Source: Felis catus (lineage: Eukaryota). From it: 64,000 bases of DNA. The notes beneath the pieces were generated by a model. It was not told the DNA's origin, did no database searches, and saw only the letters and a program-made list of their open reading frames with translations. This document shows, piece by piece, positions 25,401 to 38,355 of this stretch. The position numbers and the translations under genes are program-made. The DNA is taken from NCBI RefSeq assembly GCF_018350175.1, contig NC_058368.1:64358001-64422000 (forward strand), written 5' to 3'. How positions within the stretch are numbered: the stretch's first letter is position 1; each line of letters opens with the position of its first letter.

Positions 25401-27010
25401 GCCTGCCCTTTTCTTCCACTTCTTCCTCTGCAGGTTCTTAGGCTCTCATGGAGCGTGGGGCTGCTTTACAACATCTGATTTATATTTGGTTTCTGGTGTT
25501 TCACAAGTGCATTATGACTAGAAATGGAGCCAGAATCTTATTAGTGGAGATACTATGCAGTGAAATGTCAACATGGGGCATTTGTGTTTTACTCTTATTG
25601 CTTTAACAGATAGTACATTTTGTGACAACATAGTCTATTTGAATAATGTGACATTTGGGGGAAGTTTTAAAATTGATTTTATTCAATTGATATTAATGTT
25701 GGGTTAAGATCTGATATAATAAAGAAAATAGATGTGTCATTTTCTATCTGTCTTTCAGAGTGAAGGAGTTGGGGGCCAGGCAGCCAGCAAAGTCAAAGTA
25801 TATGTAGCATCAATGCCATATGTTTTAGCCCATCTGTTTTCAGAGTATACTTAATATGTTCATTTGAACAGAATGATTGGCAGATACCAATCAAATAAAG
25901 TTTAGGCAGTAGCAAGTCATGGATGCAGATGAAAGCATGCTAGTGGAAAGGAACTGTGATCTATTACCTTACAGATTATCATAAAAGACACTGTTTTATT
26001 CAAACATATTTCCCACAGTATATAATTCCAAATTTACAGAATGATATCAATATATTTCATGTAAAGCTTGAGAGGAAAAGTACATTAAAGAATTAAGAAT
26101 TAGTCCCAATTACCACTGTCTCATTGTGTGCTTAATTAGTATATCCTACTGAGTATCCTAAACCCTGAATAAATCTATTCTTATCCCAGTATTCGTCTCT
26201 GTCCCCCCATTGCCATGCTATTCAGCTATCAGTGGGGAAACAGTATGTCATACCCTACCAGAAGGATGTCATAGTTTGGTTTACTTACTATGGAAGAATT
26301 CTAGGTCTCCATTATGGAGAAAAATGAAAACCAGAGACACTATTAGAGAAATAATAAAAGAAAACAAACTTAGAATAAGTCATGTAAAATAAGTTGTCAC
26401 TCGGATAAAGCAAACTTCAAACGCAAGTCCTGTAAAATACCTTATCACTTGGATTTTGCTTAAAATATTTACATGCTAGAGTAGAGAAAGAGGCTATTTG
26501 CAGGGTAGAGATTGTGGCCTCCAGTTGTACCAACAGGCTTAATACCTGCAATGTAGCCTTGTTTCCCATTCAGCTGCAAAGATACATCATTGGATGTATG
26601 TTTTATTTCCTTTCTCCTTTCCAAGACAATATTTCTTTGTATCTTTTTGCCACTTATTTTTTGAGAAAAAAGGTTTTGCTTTCCAAGGGTTATTCCTTTC
26701 TTAGATCATTTGTTTCCTGTCTTCCATGAAGTATAATGCTTTCGGGATAGAGTGGAAGGAATTGATCTTTCGAGTCAGATAATACTTCAAATTCGAACTG
26801 TGTAATTTGGGGTATGTTCTGGATGTTCTGGAATCTCCTTGCTGGCTTCACGAAGGGAGTGATTGCACTGGCTAGAAATTGCACATGGCCTCTAAGCTGA
26901 GGTCCCTCTGGTGCCCTTTAGCCTTCCTTTGTTTCTCCCATACAGATAAAGATAATTCACAGTTCTGTGATCACTGTTGTTTTGCCCTGTCCTCTTCTAG
27001 TTTGTTCTGT

Positions 27011-27030
27011 GGGGGGGGGGGGGGGGGGGG
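27011..27030 (+). repeat. G20 homopolymer
   Basis: 20 consecutive G followed by ACTGGGGGG. Confidence 0.95.
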
Positions 27031-27044
27031 ACTGGGGGGAGACC

Positions 27045-28070
27045 TTCATACCTAAGTTTATTGATATGCTATAGAAACTCACATTGAACCCAAGCGTACA
27101 ACACCATAAAATCATTTCAATAAATTCTAAAGGATAGAGCATATCATATGAACATAGTGTAATTAATCTAAAAATCAGTAACAAAAACTAAGTAGGAAAA
27201 TCAAGATCATTGGGAATTAACCTGTATGTTTCCAAATAACCTGTGTGTCAAAGAAATTAGGAAAAAAACATCACTCAGTATTTGGAATTGAAGGACAATG
27301 ATAACATAGCATAAATTTATGGGATGCAACTATAGCTGGGCTCAGGGGAAAATGTGTAGCTTTAAATGCGTACACTAACACAGAAATGGCTAAAAACCAA
27401 TCTGTATCTAAAGAAAAATGTAAAAATAGCTGCAAATTAAACTCAAAGAAGCAGGTAAATATAATGACAAAAGCAGAAACTTCTAGAATAAGCATTGTTG
27501 AATTGAAAGAAACAATTCTTTGTGGGTAAAACTGAGAAGCCCCCAGTGAGAACTAATGAGGGAGAGAGAAAAGGTGCAAATTACTAATATCATGAACCAA
27601 AAAGGAGACATGATTATATGAAAGTGTTAAATTGCTCACTACAGAATATATAAACTGATTTGTTTGGACAATAAATTTGAAAATTCTGATGAAATGAACA
27701 AACCCCTAGAAAAATTCAGAAGAGCTAACTTAGAATACTATATTTAAATCATATTCTATTATTAAAATTGAATCTTCAATTAAAAACAAAGTTTTCACAG
27801 AAGAGACGCCAGGCTCAATGGCTTCAACAGATAATTCTTCCAAATACTTGGTGAAGAAATAACATCAACCTAAGACAAATTCTTCAAGGAGATAGAACCA
27901 AAAAAAAAAATAAATAAAAAGAAGGAAAGGAAAACTTCCAAGTTAAAAAAAATAAATAAATAAAGCCAGCATACACTTAACACCAATAGTTCACATCCTA
28001 TATAATGGTTAAAATTTTGAAAGTTTTCTACCAAAATCTGGAACAAACCAAGGCAGCCTGCCATGTTGTG
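27045..28070 (+). mobile_element. Old L1 (L1M) ORF2 fragment
   Basis: AATTTATGGGATGCAACTATAGC...AGGGGAAAATGTGTAGCTTTAAATGC and GATGAAATGAACAAACCCCTAGAAAAA are typical L1 ORF2 N-terminal region motifs. Confidence 0.8.
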
Positions 28071-29879
28071 CTTGATGTCACTCAGTGTGGGTTATACAAA
28101 ATTCATTAATTTTCTTGAATATACATTATACTGCAATTTTAAAAGTTAAAGTATAATTCACATCTCATTTTGTGTTCTGTGTTCCAGCAAAATTCCCAAC
28201 CTTAAGACTAAATTAGAGACAAATTATGTACATGAGAAAGTCAAATGCTTTTTCTCTTTTTACATTATATTTTGGGCACAACATTAAATTCGCTTTAACT
28301 GTTATAAGCAACTGGTGTAAAATAGATTAATAAAAGGTAACTTGCCCTGAAAGACTTGGGGACTACCTTGCACCAACTATATTTGAGAATGTATCTTTTT
28401 CCAATCTTGCTAGTAGAAAACAATATGTTTTGAACATTACTCTATGAATATTTAAAATATGTGTAAAGACTGTCATAAAATTATTTTTCTCTAACCACTA
28501 TACTTCTGGTTCATGATAGCATATCTATTGCTGATAGTAATGACACAAACATACCAACTCCATCGTTCATCTAAGGCCACTGAAAAGGTCTTAGATCACT
28601 CTGCCAATATAATTTGTCATGATCTTATGGCTAACCTAACTTTGTTTTAAACTATAGGGCCCTGGTGAGAGTGGGGTGGAGAACAAAGGAATATTTTGAT
28701 TAAATGGATGTTGCCTCAGTTCTACCTCATGAGACAATTCAATCTCCTGATAATCTATGGGAAACCTTTTTCAGTGTACTCTATATGATGGATGCTTGAA
28801 TGGTAATAGAACTTCTATATCTAGCAAATGATTTTTCTTTTCTCTTTGGCTGTGAACCAATCTATTTATATTTCTTAATTCTAATTCTTCAGAAAATATA
28901 TAAAATTCCTTATATACTTATAACTCCTTAAATACAGAGCCAACATTTCCACTTAACCAAGATCTATTTGTTTTTCAGCGATTACTGAATATTTTCTGTT
29001 CACTTCTTATTTGATTTTATTCCTTAGTTTCAAAACCTTCCTATATGTTCTGGTAACATGCTTACATGCACACACACAAACCAGACCAAAAACACCTAAT
29101 TCTGTAGAAATTATTTGGATGACTATTTTGAAGCAATTATACCTTGATAGGGGACTTGTCCCTCTTATTTAGGGCTATATTTTAATAGTTTGCTGAATAT
29201 TTTGCCTGTAGCTGTCAACATTACACTTCTCCTCACTTAACCATCTAGGAATCGGTCATCTTTTATACATTGCTTTCAGATAAATAGCAAAAATAAGAGA
29301 AATTGAGTCTAAAAACAGATTTAAGTCTATTGCAGTTAGAGGAAATAGGTTTTAGCAATAAAAACAAGAAATACTAGAAAATTTTAACATATATTCAGTC
29401 ACTTTTTTATTGCTTTTAGTAATCAACATATGTTAATGAGCAGCATTATGAAGAGAAGATTATTGTTTTTCACATCTCTCCATTTTCAGTCTAGATATTA
29501 GTGCTATATAATAGAGTAGTATTAAACGTCACACTTGACCAAAAGGACCATGAACACAAAAGAAAGCACAAAAGAATTCTTTAAAAACACATTGTTTCAA
29601 CATAAACTTTTAGAAATGGTTATGATAAATTGGACAACTAAAGTTATGGGAAACAATGTACTTGGACAATTATTCTAAATAGAGCTTGAAATTGATGGTT
29701 ACTGCATATTTGAAAATTTAAGGTTAATTCTTCCAATACCTTATATTTTAAAGAAAGATATGCTTTTCCTATTATATTTACAAAGTGGCATTCTCTTCAT
29801 CGATTTAAATTTCTTAATAAATTTTTGCCAAAATACAATTTATTGTGTATGAATTTACTACATTGATTTATATATCCTG

Positions 29880-30210
29880 TCATGATTACCACACTCTTGA
29901 TTACTATAGTTTTATAGAAAGTCTGAAATTAGGAAGTATGAGTCTACCAACTCCTCATTCCCACCAAGACTTTTGGTGTGGTTAGGTCCTTTGCATTTTC
30001 ATGTAAATCTTAAAAATAATGTCAATTTCTACAAAAAAAGCTTGTAGAGATGTGGATTGCATTAACTCTGTAGGCCAGTTTTGGGAGAATACAAATCTTA
30101 ATAATATTGAATCTTATATTCCATGAACATGGTGTCCCTTTTCTTTTAGTTTTATTATCTATTATTTTATATTCCCTTTTTTTTGCTTTTGAATTTTTCA
30201 GGTTTTTTTT
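29880..30210 (-). mobile_element. Old L1 ORF2 fragment
   Basis: CTTGATTACTATAGTTTTATAGAAAGTCTGAAATTAGG, CCTTTGCATTTTCATGTAAAT, TTCCATGAACATGG. Confidence 0.8.
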
Positions 30211-30430
30211 GTAGTTTTAAAATCAAAAGTATACCTCAGAAATACTGTCATTTAGATTCCAGACTGCTGTAATAAAGCACATATTGCAATAAAGCAAGTC
30301 AAATGAATTTACTTCCCAGGCATACAGAAGTTATATTTACACTAAACTGTAGTCTATTGAATATGAAATTGCATTATTTCTAAACAGAAAATCAATGTAC
30401 TTCCCTTAATTACGTTATTACTAAAAAATG

Positions 30431-32371
30431 CTAACCATCTGAGCTTTCAACAAGTCAAATTTTTTTGCTGGTAGGTCTTGCCTAGATGGTGGTGTTTGCT
30501 GACTGATCAGGGTAGTGGTTGTTGAAGGTTGAGGTGGCTGTGGCAATTTCTTAAAATACAACAACAAGGAAGTTTGCCACATTGGTTTGTTCTTCCTTCC
30601 ATGGATGACTTCCCTGTAGCATGAGATACTGTTTGATAGTATTTTATCCATAGTTGAATTTCTTTCAAAATTGGAGTCAATTCTCTCAAACCCTGCTGCT
30701 ATTTATCAACTAAGCCTATATGATACTCAAAATCCTGTGTTGTCATTTCACAAATCTTCACAGCATCATCACCTGGAGTAGATTCCACCTCAAGAAACTA
30801 CTTTCTTTGCTCATTTATAGGCAACTCCTCATCTATTAGTTTTACAGTGAGGTTGCAGCAACTCACTCACATCTTCAGGTTCTACTGTTAATTCTAGTTT
30901 TCTTGCTGTTTCAACCACCTCTGCAGTGACTTCCTCCACTGAAGTCTTGGACACTTCTAAGTCATCCATGAGAGCTGGAGTCAACTTCTTCCAATCGCTT
31001 GTCAGTGTTGATATTTTGACCTCTTCCCATGAATCACAGATGTTCTTGATGGCACCTAGAATGATGAATTCTTTCCAGAAGATTCTCAAATTACCCAGAT
31101 CCATTAGAGGGATCACAATCTATGGCGGCTCTAGCCTTATGAAATGTATTTCTTAAATAATTCTTGGAAGTCAATAACTGTGCTATCCGTGAGCTACAGA
31201 ATGCATGTTGTGTTAGCAGGCATTAAAACAACATTAATCTCCTTGTACATCTCAGAGTTCTTGAGCAGGTGCGTTGTCAGTGAGCAGTAATATTTTAAAA
31301 GTAACATTTTTCTGGGGCATCTGTGTGGCTCAGTCAGTTAGGCATCTGACTTCGGCTCAGGTCATGATCTGGCATTTTATGGGTTCGAGCCCCGCGTCGG
31401 GCACTGTGCTAACAGCTCAGAGCCTGGAGCCTGTTTCGGATTCTGTGTCTCCTCTCTCTGCCTGTCCCCCATGCTCATGCTCTGTCTCTCTCAGTCTCTT
31501 AATAATAAATAAAAGTTAAAAAAATTAAAATAACAATTTTCTGAGCAGTTGATCTCAATATTGGGTTTAAAAGTTTCAGTAAACCATGATATGAATAGAT
31601 GTGATGTCATCTAGGTTTTGTTCATCTAGTTTTAGAGCACAGGCAGAGTAGATCCAGAATAATTCATAAGGGTCCTCAAATCTTCAGAATTTGGGCTTTG
31701 GCTTCAACTTAGTCACTGACTTCATTAGCCCCTAACAAGAGACTCAGGTTTGAAGGTTCAAACCATTGAAGGTTTGAAGCCAGGCATTAACTTTTCATCT
31801 GCAGCTATGGCATTTCTTTCCAGTAGAAAGCTGTTTTATCTACACTGAAAATCTATTGTTTAGTATAATCAGCTTCATTAATTATCTTAGATCTTCTGGA
31901 TAACTTGTTGCAGCTTCTACATCAGCATTTGCTGCTTTCACCTTCTACTTTGATCTTACAGAGATGGCTTCTTTCCTTAAACCTCGTGAACCAGCCTCTA
32001 CTGGTTTCAGACCCTTACCTGCATCTTCCTCACCTCTGTCAGCCTACATAGAATTGAAGAGTGTCAGGGCCTTGCTATGGATTAGATTTTGCCTTAGGGG
32101 AATGTTGTGGCTGGTTTGATCTTCCACTAAAACTTTTTCCTTATCACCAGTACAGTTGCTTCTTAAAATTTGTGTGTTCACTGGAATAGCACTTTTCATT
32201 TCCTTCAAGAACTTTTCCCCTGCAGTCACAGCTTGGCTAACTTTGGTGCAAGAGGCTTAGCTTTTGGCCTTTCTCAGCTTTTGATATCCTTGCTCACTAA
32301 CCCTAATAATTTCTACCTTTGGTTTTAAAGTAAGAGATGTACAACTCTCTACTGGCACACTTAGAAGCCAT
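30431..32371 (-). pseudogene. Decayed Tigger1 transposase (pogo/TIGD1-like)
   Basis: Start MASKC at 32371; fragments KFLKEMKSAIPVNTQ...[51 protein letters not shown]...[15 protein letters not shown] and [10 protein letters not shown]...[18 protein letters not shown]; many stops/frameshifts and a SINE insertion. Confidence 0.9.
31314..31526 (+). mobile_element. CanSINE nested in Tigger1
   Basis: GGGGCATCTGTGTGGCTCAGTCAGTTAGG head; imperfect TSD AAAAGTAACATTTTTCT / AAAATAACAATTTTCT. Confidence 0.95.
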
Positions 32372-32794
32372 TGTAGGGTTATTAATTATCCTATTTTCAA
32401 TATTGTTATGTCTCAGGAAGCAGGGAGGTCTGAGGAGGAGAAAGGTAAAAGAACAGTTGGTCGTTGCAACAGTCAGAATAGACACAGCATTTATGAATTT
32501 TGCTGTCTTACGTGAGCTTGGTTCATAGTGCTCCAAAACAATAACAATAGTAACATACAAGATTACTGACAAGTCACCATAACGAAAACAATAATAATGG
32601 AAAAGCTTGAGATATTGAAAGAATTACCATACTGTGGCACAGAAACAAGAAGTCAATAAATGCTGTTGGAAGAATGGTGCCAACAGACTCCCTGATGCAG
32701 GGTTGTCACAAGCCTTCAAGTTACTAAAAAAGAGCACAATATCTGCAAATAGCAATAACGCTAAATGCCATAAAATGAAGTATGCCTCTATAAC

Positions 32795-33392
32795 ACTTAT
32801 ATGCTTTTCGTTCATACTTTTGTCATTTAAAATGGCCTCAGGTGGGGCGCCTGGGTGGCTCAGTCGGTTAAGCGTCCGACTTCAGCTCAGGTCGTGATCT
32901 CCTGGTCCGTGGGTTTGAGCCCCGCGTCGGGCTCTGTGCCGACAGCTCAGAGCCTGGAGCCTGTTTGAGATTCTGTGTCTCCCTCTTTCTCTGACCCTCC
33001 CCTGTTCATACTCTCTGTCTCAAAAATAAATAAATGTTAAAACAAAATTTTAAATGGCCTTAGGTGTAATGCTGAAGTGCTGTCTTGTGTTCTTAAGTGC
33101 AGAAAGACTCTAGTATGCCTCAGGTGCTTGTGTTAGATAAGTGCTTGTGTTAGATAACCTTTATGCTGTTGGCTATGAGTTCAATGTTGATGAATCAATA
33201 GTAGATACTGAATACAATGTTTGTAATCAGAAACACATATAAAACAAGGCTTATACATTGAGTATTTGATGAAATTGTTTTGACCAGAGGCTTATAGGAA
33301 CCTTATTTTGTATTACATGCTAGAGGCAGGGGTTCAGTGTTTGCTATGACTTTATAGACCACAACCATTGTGAGTAACAAGAGTCAACTATA
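32795..33392. mobile_element. MER82-like non-autonomous Tigger-family element (partial)
   Basis: AAAATGGCC...GCTGAAGTGCTGTC, GAGTTCAATGTTGATGAATCAA, CAGAAACACATATAAAACAAGG, terminus AACAAGAGTCAACTATA; family name from memory. Confidence 0.65.
32844..33051 (+). mobile_element. CanSINE nested in the MER82-like element
   Basis: GGGGCGCCTGGGTGGCTCAGTCGGTTAAGCG head; TSD AAATGGCCTCAGGT / AAATGGCCTTAGGT. Confidence 0.96.
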
Positions 33393-34519
33393 TACTAATA
33401 TATGTGAAGAATATTTTTACCTGTATTTATTCAAGTGTTGAAGAAATAGTTATGAAGAACTTACTAAATGCCAGCATAATTGCTGACAGCCAGTTGAGAA
33501 GGAAGCATAGGGATAGCAGGGCTGTATCCTCTGTATCCAATTCAGATGTTGTTGAGAAAAATTAAAAAGGCCTCAATTTTACAATATAATAACTTATGTG
33601 CTCATATAACAATAATATGAAAAAATTATTTCACTTAAAGTTAGGGTCATCTGCAGACAAGGTAACCAAAAAATTCCTTCAAGATCCATGGATGAAGATC
33701 TGTGCCATGACAATGTAATGTTCATGACAATAGTGTTCAATGTAATAGTCCTTACAGAACTGGGTTGCTAATACTTCATTACAATAGAAATTGTTTTGTA
33801 TACCCCGAGTACCTCTATTTTAAGAACACTTGCATAATTGAGATAATAAAAACTTATCTATGATTTTGTGAACTATTTTTTATGGTTGAGATAAAATATT
33901 TTTTGTCAAATTGCTTCATGGGAACATAGTGCCCTAGTGGTTAAAAAACAAACTCATAAATTCTGTATTCGGGCATAATTTACTCTGAATATGACCATAT
34001 AGCCATTAAATATTAACTTAGTTCCATTTCAAAATTAAAGATGTAATTTTATGTTGTTCACTGAGAAAGAAGCTAAACAATAGCTGTATTTTCTTTGGCT
34101 CAGCTGGAACTATACACTTGATTCTTTGTCAACTTTAAGAGATATATAAGAATGCAACACCCTTGTGAAACAATTTATTTTCTTAAAAGCAGTTAATTCA
34201 ACAAAATCTTTATTATTTTTTGTTATCTGTATAATAAATGATTACCCTCATTAAGAAGTATAGTTATAGTGAATTGGAATGTACTGCAATTTACTGCCCT
34301 CTTGCATTCAAATGACCTGGTTTCCTTGCTCCTCTGCCAGCCAGGTTGTGTTTGTTTCATTGAGTTGTGTGTTAGCTTTTACTGGGACTGCTAATACATG
34401 ACACAAACCTATCCTTTCTGTCAATAGTCCTATAGATTTTGCATGCTCTTTGAAAATGGGGAAATTTTGCCTGCTATTTAGAACATTAATATGTTAAAGC
34501 TCTGATTTACATCAAACTT

Positions 34520-34990
34520 AGAATTAATAACATTGCCCTTAGGATCAGGTTCAAAATTTTAACAAGACTTTTGAGACGTTTTATGCCTAAGATCCTTCTC
34601 GACATTCTGGCCTCTTACCTTAGGGCTTCCTGTTTTCTGTGATCATAATCCTGACACAATGAATATCCTTCTGTTATTCTGTTTTACAACTATGCTATCT
34701 TCATGTACAGAGTTTTCCTTCTCTTCTCTTATATCCATATCTAGTATACCCTAGTATCAGCCTAGAGAATATTCTTGGACATCTTCAAGAGGTAGAATAG
34801 TTTTTCTTTTCTCTGTGCTCTTCTAACACTCATATATTGACCACCGCAATACTCCATTCTACTACATTTGACAACTCATTTATTTTTCTGCCCCATTAAC
34901 TAGTCATTTTTTGAGGTCAGACACCCCTTTTTGGCCTTTCTTTTTTAACTCGGTAGAGTGCCTAAGATCTATTCAATATATGTTTTATTT
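34520..34990 (+). mobile_element. L2 remnant
   Basis: CATTGCCCTTAGGATCAGGTTCAAAATTTTAACAAGAC...TTTGAGGTCAGACAC...AGAGTGCCT...ATTCAATATATGTT. Confidence 0.5.
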
Positions 34991-35303
34991 TTTAAGTGAT
35001 AGAGTAAAAAAAATCTAATATGTAGATACTGGGTGTCATGTTGCATGATTTAGAACCATAATTGAGAACCTGGTGGAAAAAGGAGGTAGTACACTCAGCA
35101 GTTTTGCTCAGTTCAGTTATCCTAGGTCTAGTGGCAGTTCACCTGTTTCCTTTATTTTAGTATAGACAATTGTCTTGTGATTATTGTTGAAGCTAAAGCA
35201 GTGAAGTGTTAGATTCTCTTGTCACATATATTCATAAAAGAATAAAATTGCACACATGTTCACATTTTGCTGTTAGTAATAAGCTCTGAATAAAAATGTA
35301 TCT

Positions 35304-35507
35304 GGGGGCACCTGGATGGCTCAGTCTGTTGAGTGACTGGCTCAATTTCAGCTCAGGTCATCATCCCAGGGTCGTGGGATCAAGCCCTGTGTCAGACTTT
35401 GTGCTAAACATGGAGCCTGCTTAAGATTTTCTTTCTCTCTCTCTCTCTCTCCCTCTGTTCCTCTCCCCTGCTCCTGCACACTTGCTCTCTCTCTAAAAAA
35501 AAAAAAA
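35304..35507 (+). mobile_element. CanSINE (older subfamily)
   Basis: GGGGCACCTGGATGGCTCAGTCTGTTGAG...TCAGGTCATCATCCCAGGGTCGTGGGATCAAG, CT tract, A tail. Confidence 0.93.
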
Positions 35508-37065
35508 TCTAAAGTTCCAATTTATCCCCAAACCCAGAAGAAGGATAGGACAAGGGGAGAATTAAATGTGCACTAAAGAATGTGTAGGGCTTACTTATAT
35601 TGATTATTTAAAAATGCATTTAAATGTTTTATAGTTTGAAAATAGCTAATAGAATAAAAATACATAAGGAACTTAAACGTTAATTATGAGAGGGAAGGAA
35701 GGCAAGTGTAAACTTTATCAATAGAGTGAGGAAAAACAAAATTGGAAAGGCAACAAAGGGACATTAATAGACTATAGGTAAGAACATAAAAATTTACTAA
35801 TACGACTGAATTATATGAATCAGTGGAATTGGATTCAACTAATTCATTAACATACAAGAATCTTAAAATGAGTTAAAGAACAATATTAGTCCTGATGTTA
35901 TTAATAGATCATGCAAACGTGAAAGACACAAAGAGATTGAACACAGAGCTAACAGTGACATGTTACAAAAGTGAGAAAGTGAAAATCTGGTAAAGAGCAC
36001 TTTTAAGCTGATATTACATGGGGAAAATGTTGTTTTGTAACAACATTGGTTGCAGTATCTAAAAATAGAGTAAGCAGAAAGATCTAATAAACCAAAAAAT
36101 GTAAAAACAAAATAAGTAGCAAACAAATGTAGAAATAAAAGGAAACCGTAAACCAGAATCATAGTAAAAATGTACATTTGTCAGATTTCAAGGGAAAACA
36201 AATAATATAAATGATTGCAGTAAAATAGCCAACATAATCTGATAATAAAATTTATAAAGCGGTTAGAAAATACAATTATAAGAAAAGTGCTAACATTTGG
36301 TAAATACTTTTGAGATAATTTGTACTTTAGAAGACAAGATCTAAAGAGAACATAACTAAAGCATAAAGATGGAAAGTGGTAGAATAGACTAATATTAGAT
36401 TATATAAAGATAAAAATTTAGCCAAATAGTTCACAAAGTTAAAAATAGAACAAAATCCCATTGGATGAAAATAACACAAGCACATGAAAGAATGATAACT
36501 ACACACATAAATAGCTTCTATTAACCAAGTGGAGAAAAAGAAAATATCCACACATAAATAGGTTATAGTGGTTTTATTTTATTTTGTGGTTTCTAGGGAT
36601 TATATTAACAAACTTTATACAATCTAGTTAGAATTAATATTTTCCCACTTGAAGTAAAATGGAATGATCTTACCGTCATAACCTTTCATTACCTGTACTT
36701 CCTATGTGATGCAGTTGCCAAAAGTACTACATCTAACTGCCCTAAAAATCACATCTGTTATGTTTGCTTTCACCAGTCATGCATAATTTAATGTATTTAA
36801 AGACAAAAAGCCTTTTATTTACCAAAATGTTTTTCTTTCTCCTCCTTCATGTTTGACCTTCCGCATGTCCTCGTGTCCCTGTCCTTCTGTTATCATTTCC
36901 CTTCCACTGGAGAACTTGCTTTAGCATTTCTTTTAAAGCAGACATAGTATTGACAGATTCCTTAGTTTTATTCCTGCTGAAATTCTTTATTTTGCCTTCA
37001 TCTGGGAAGATTGTTTTCCCTAAATGGAGGATTCTGGATTGGTAGGTCATTTGTTTTCAGTACTT

Positions 37066-37265
37066 TTTTTTTTTTTTTTTTTTTGATGTTTATTTTTGAG
37101 AGAGAGCACAAGTAGGGGAGGGGCAGATAGAGAGGGAGACAAAGGATCCAAAGCAAAGGTGGCTCTCTGCTGAGCAGAGTCTGACCTGGGCTGGAACTCA
37201 CAAACCTGGAGATCATGACCTGAGCCAGGTCAAAAGCTTAACCCACGGAACCACCCAGGTGCCTC
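37066..37265 (-). mobile_element. CanSINE
   Basis: T tail, ends CCACCCAGGTGCCTC; TSD TGTTTTCAGTACTT at 37052-37065 and 37266-37279. Confidence 0.95.
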
Positions 37266-37406
37266 TGTTTTCAGTACTTCGAGAATATTGTTCCACTGTC
37301 TTCTGCCATTCTTGGTTTCTCACAAGAAATCTATAGTCCTTTAACTCCCAGTTTTCTCATACATAATTTTTTTTTATTTTGCCTGCTTCAAAAAAGTTTC
37401 TTTATT

Positions 37407-37604
37407 GGGGCGCCTGGGTGGCTCAGTCAGTTAAGCGTCTGACGTCGGCTGGGTCAAGATCTCACAGCTGGTGAGTTTGAGCCCCAGGTTGAGCCCTGTG
37501 CTGACAGCTCAGAGCTGGAGCCTGCTTCACATTCTGTGTCTCCTTCTCTCTCCTCTCCCGCTCACACTGTCTGCCTCTGTCTCTCAAAAATAAATAAATG
37601 TTAA
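37407..37604 (+). mobile_element. CanSINE
   Basis: GGGGCGCCTGGGTGGCTCAG head; TSD AAAAAAGTTT(C/A)TTTATT. Confidence 0.95.
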
Positions 37605-38155
37605 AAAAAAGTTTATTTATTTTTTGTTTTCAGCAGTCTGCTGCTAATGTATCTGCGTGTGAATAACTTTATCCTGATTATGGTTTGTTTAGTTTCTTAG
37701 AACTTCTCATTTATGTCTTTGACCAACATGGGGGAGGATTCAGCATTATTTCTTTAAATGTTTTTTTCTGTTCCAACCTTTCTCTTCTTCTGCAGGGTCT
37801 TTTATGTCACAGATACTAGACCTTTGGTATCTGTTCATTCTTCTACATATTTTTTTTCTGTTTTGATAATTTCTATTCTATCTTAATGTACACTTTTTGC
37901 TTTAACATCGCAGTTCCAGCTGTGAGACACTCCAGTAAAATTTTTTGCCTATTTTTTAGCTTTTTTTTTCTTAACTTGTATTTCTTTGAGACTTCTATCT
38001 TTCCATTTCATGAGTATTCACCCTTTTTTTCATGGGTCATTTTTATAATAGTTGTTTAAAAAATCTTTAACATTTGTATCCTCTCCAAGTTGGTATCTGT
38101 TGATCGTGCTTTCCCCCTGATAATTGTTTTCTTGCTTCTTTGTATTTTTAATAAT

Positions 38156-38355
38156 ATAAATTTCTTACCATTTATTTTTGAGAGACAGAGCACGAGTGGG
38201 AGAGGGGCAGAGAGAGAGGGAGACACAGAATCTGAATCAGCCTCCAGCCTCTGAGCTGTCAGCACAGAGCACTACATGGGGCTCGAACCCACCAACCATG
38301 AGATCATGACCTGAGTCGAAGTTGGACGCTTCACCGACAGCCACCCAGGCACCCC
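38156..38355 (-). mobile_element. CanSINE
   Basis: Ends GCCACCCAGGCACCCC; imperfect TSD TGTATTTTTAATAAT / TATATTCTTAATAAT. Confidence 0.94.

Larger units (their letters stand above)
30226..32788 (-). mobile_element. Near-full-length Tigger1 (TcMar-Tigger DNA transposon)
   Basis: Degenerate TIRs at both ends (AAAGTATACCTCAG... and ...TGAAGTATGCCTC followed by TA); internal transposase homology; ~2.35 kb after removing the nested SINE. Confidence 0.92.

Noticed and set aside
22000..26800. PDE4D7/PART1 bidirectional locus as the identity of the promoter-like island
   Set aside because: The architecture is reminiscent, but the exon sequence I recall for that locus (AAGGCCGTGTCAGAACTCAA) is not in the window, so no gene name is assigned.
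35863..36551. Hydrophobic membrane-protein-like ORFs on the minus strand
   Set aside because: Artefact of reading the T-rich strand of A-rich, probably L1-derived sequence.
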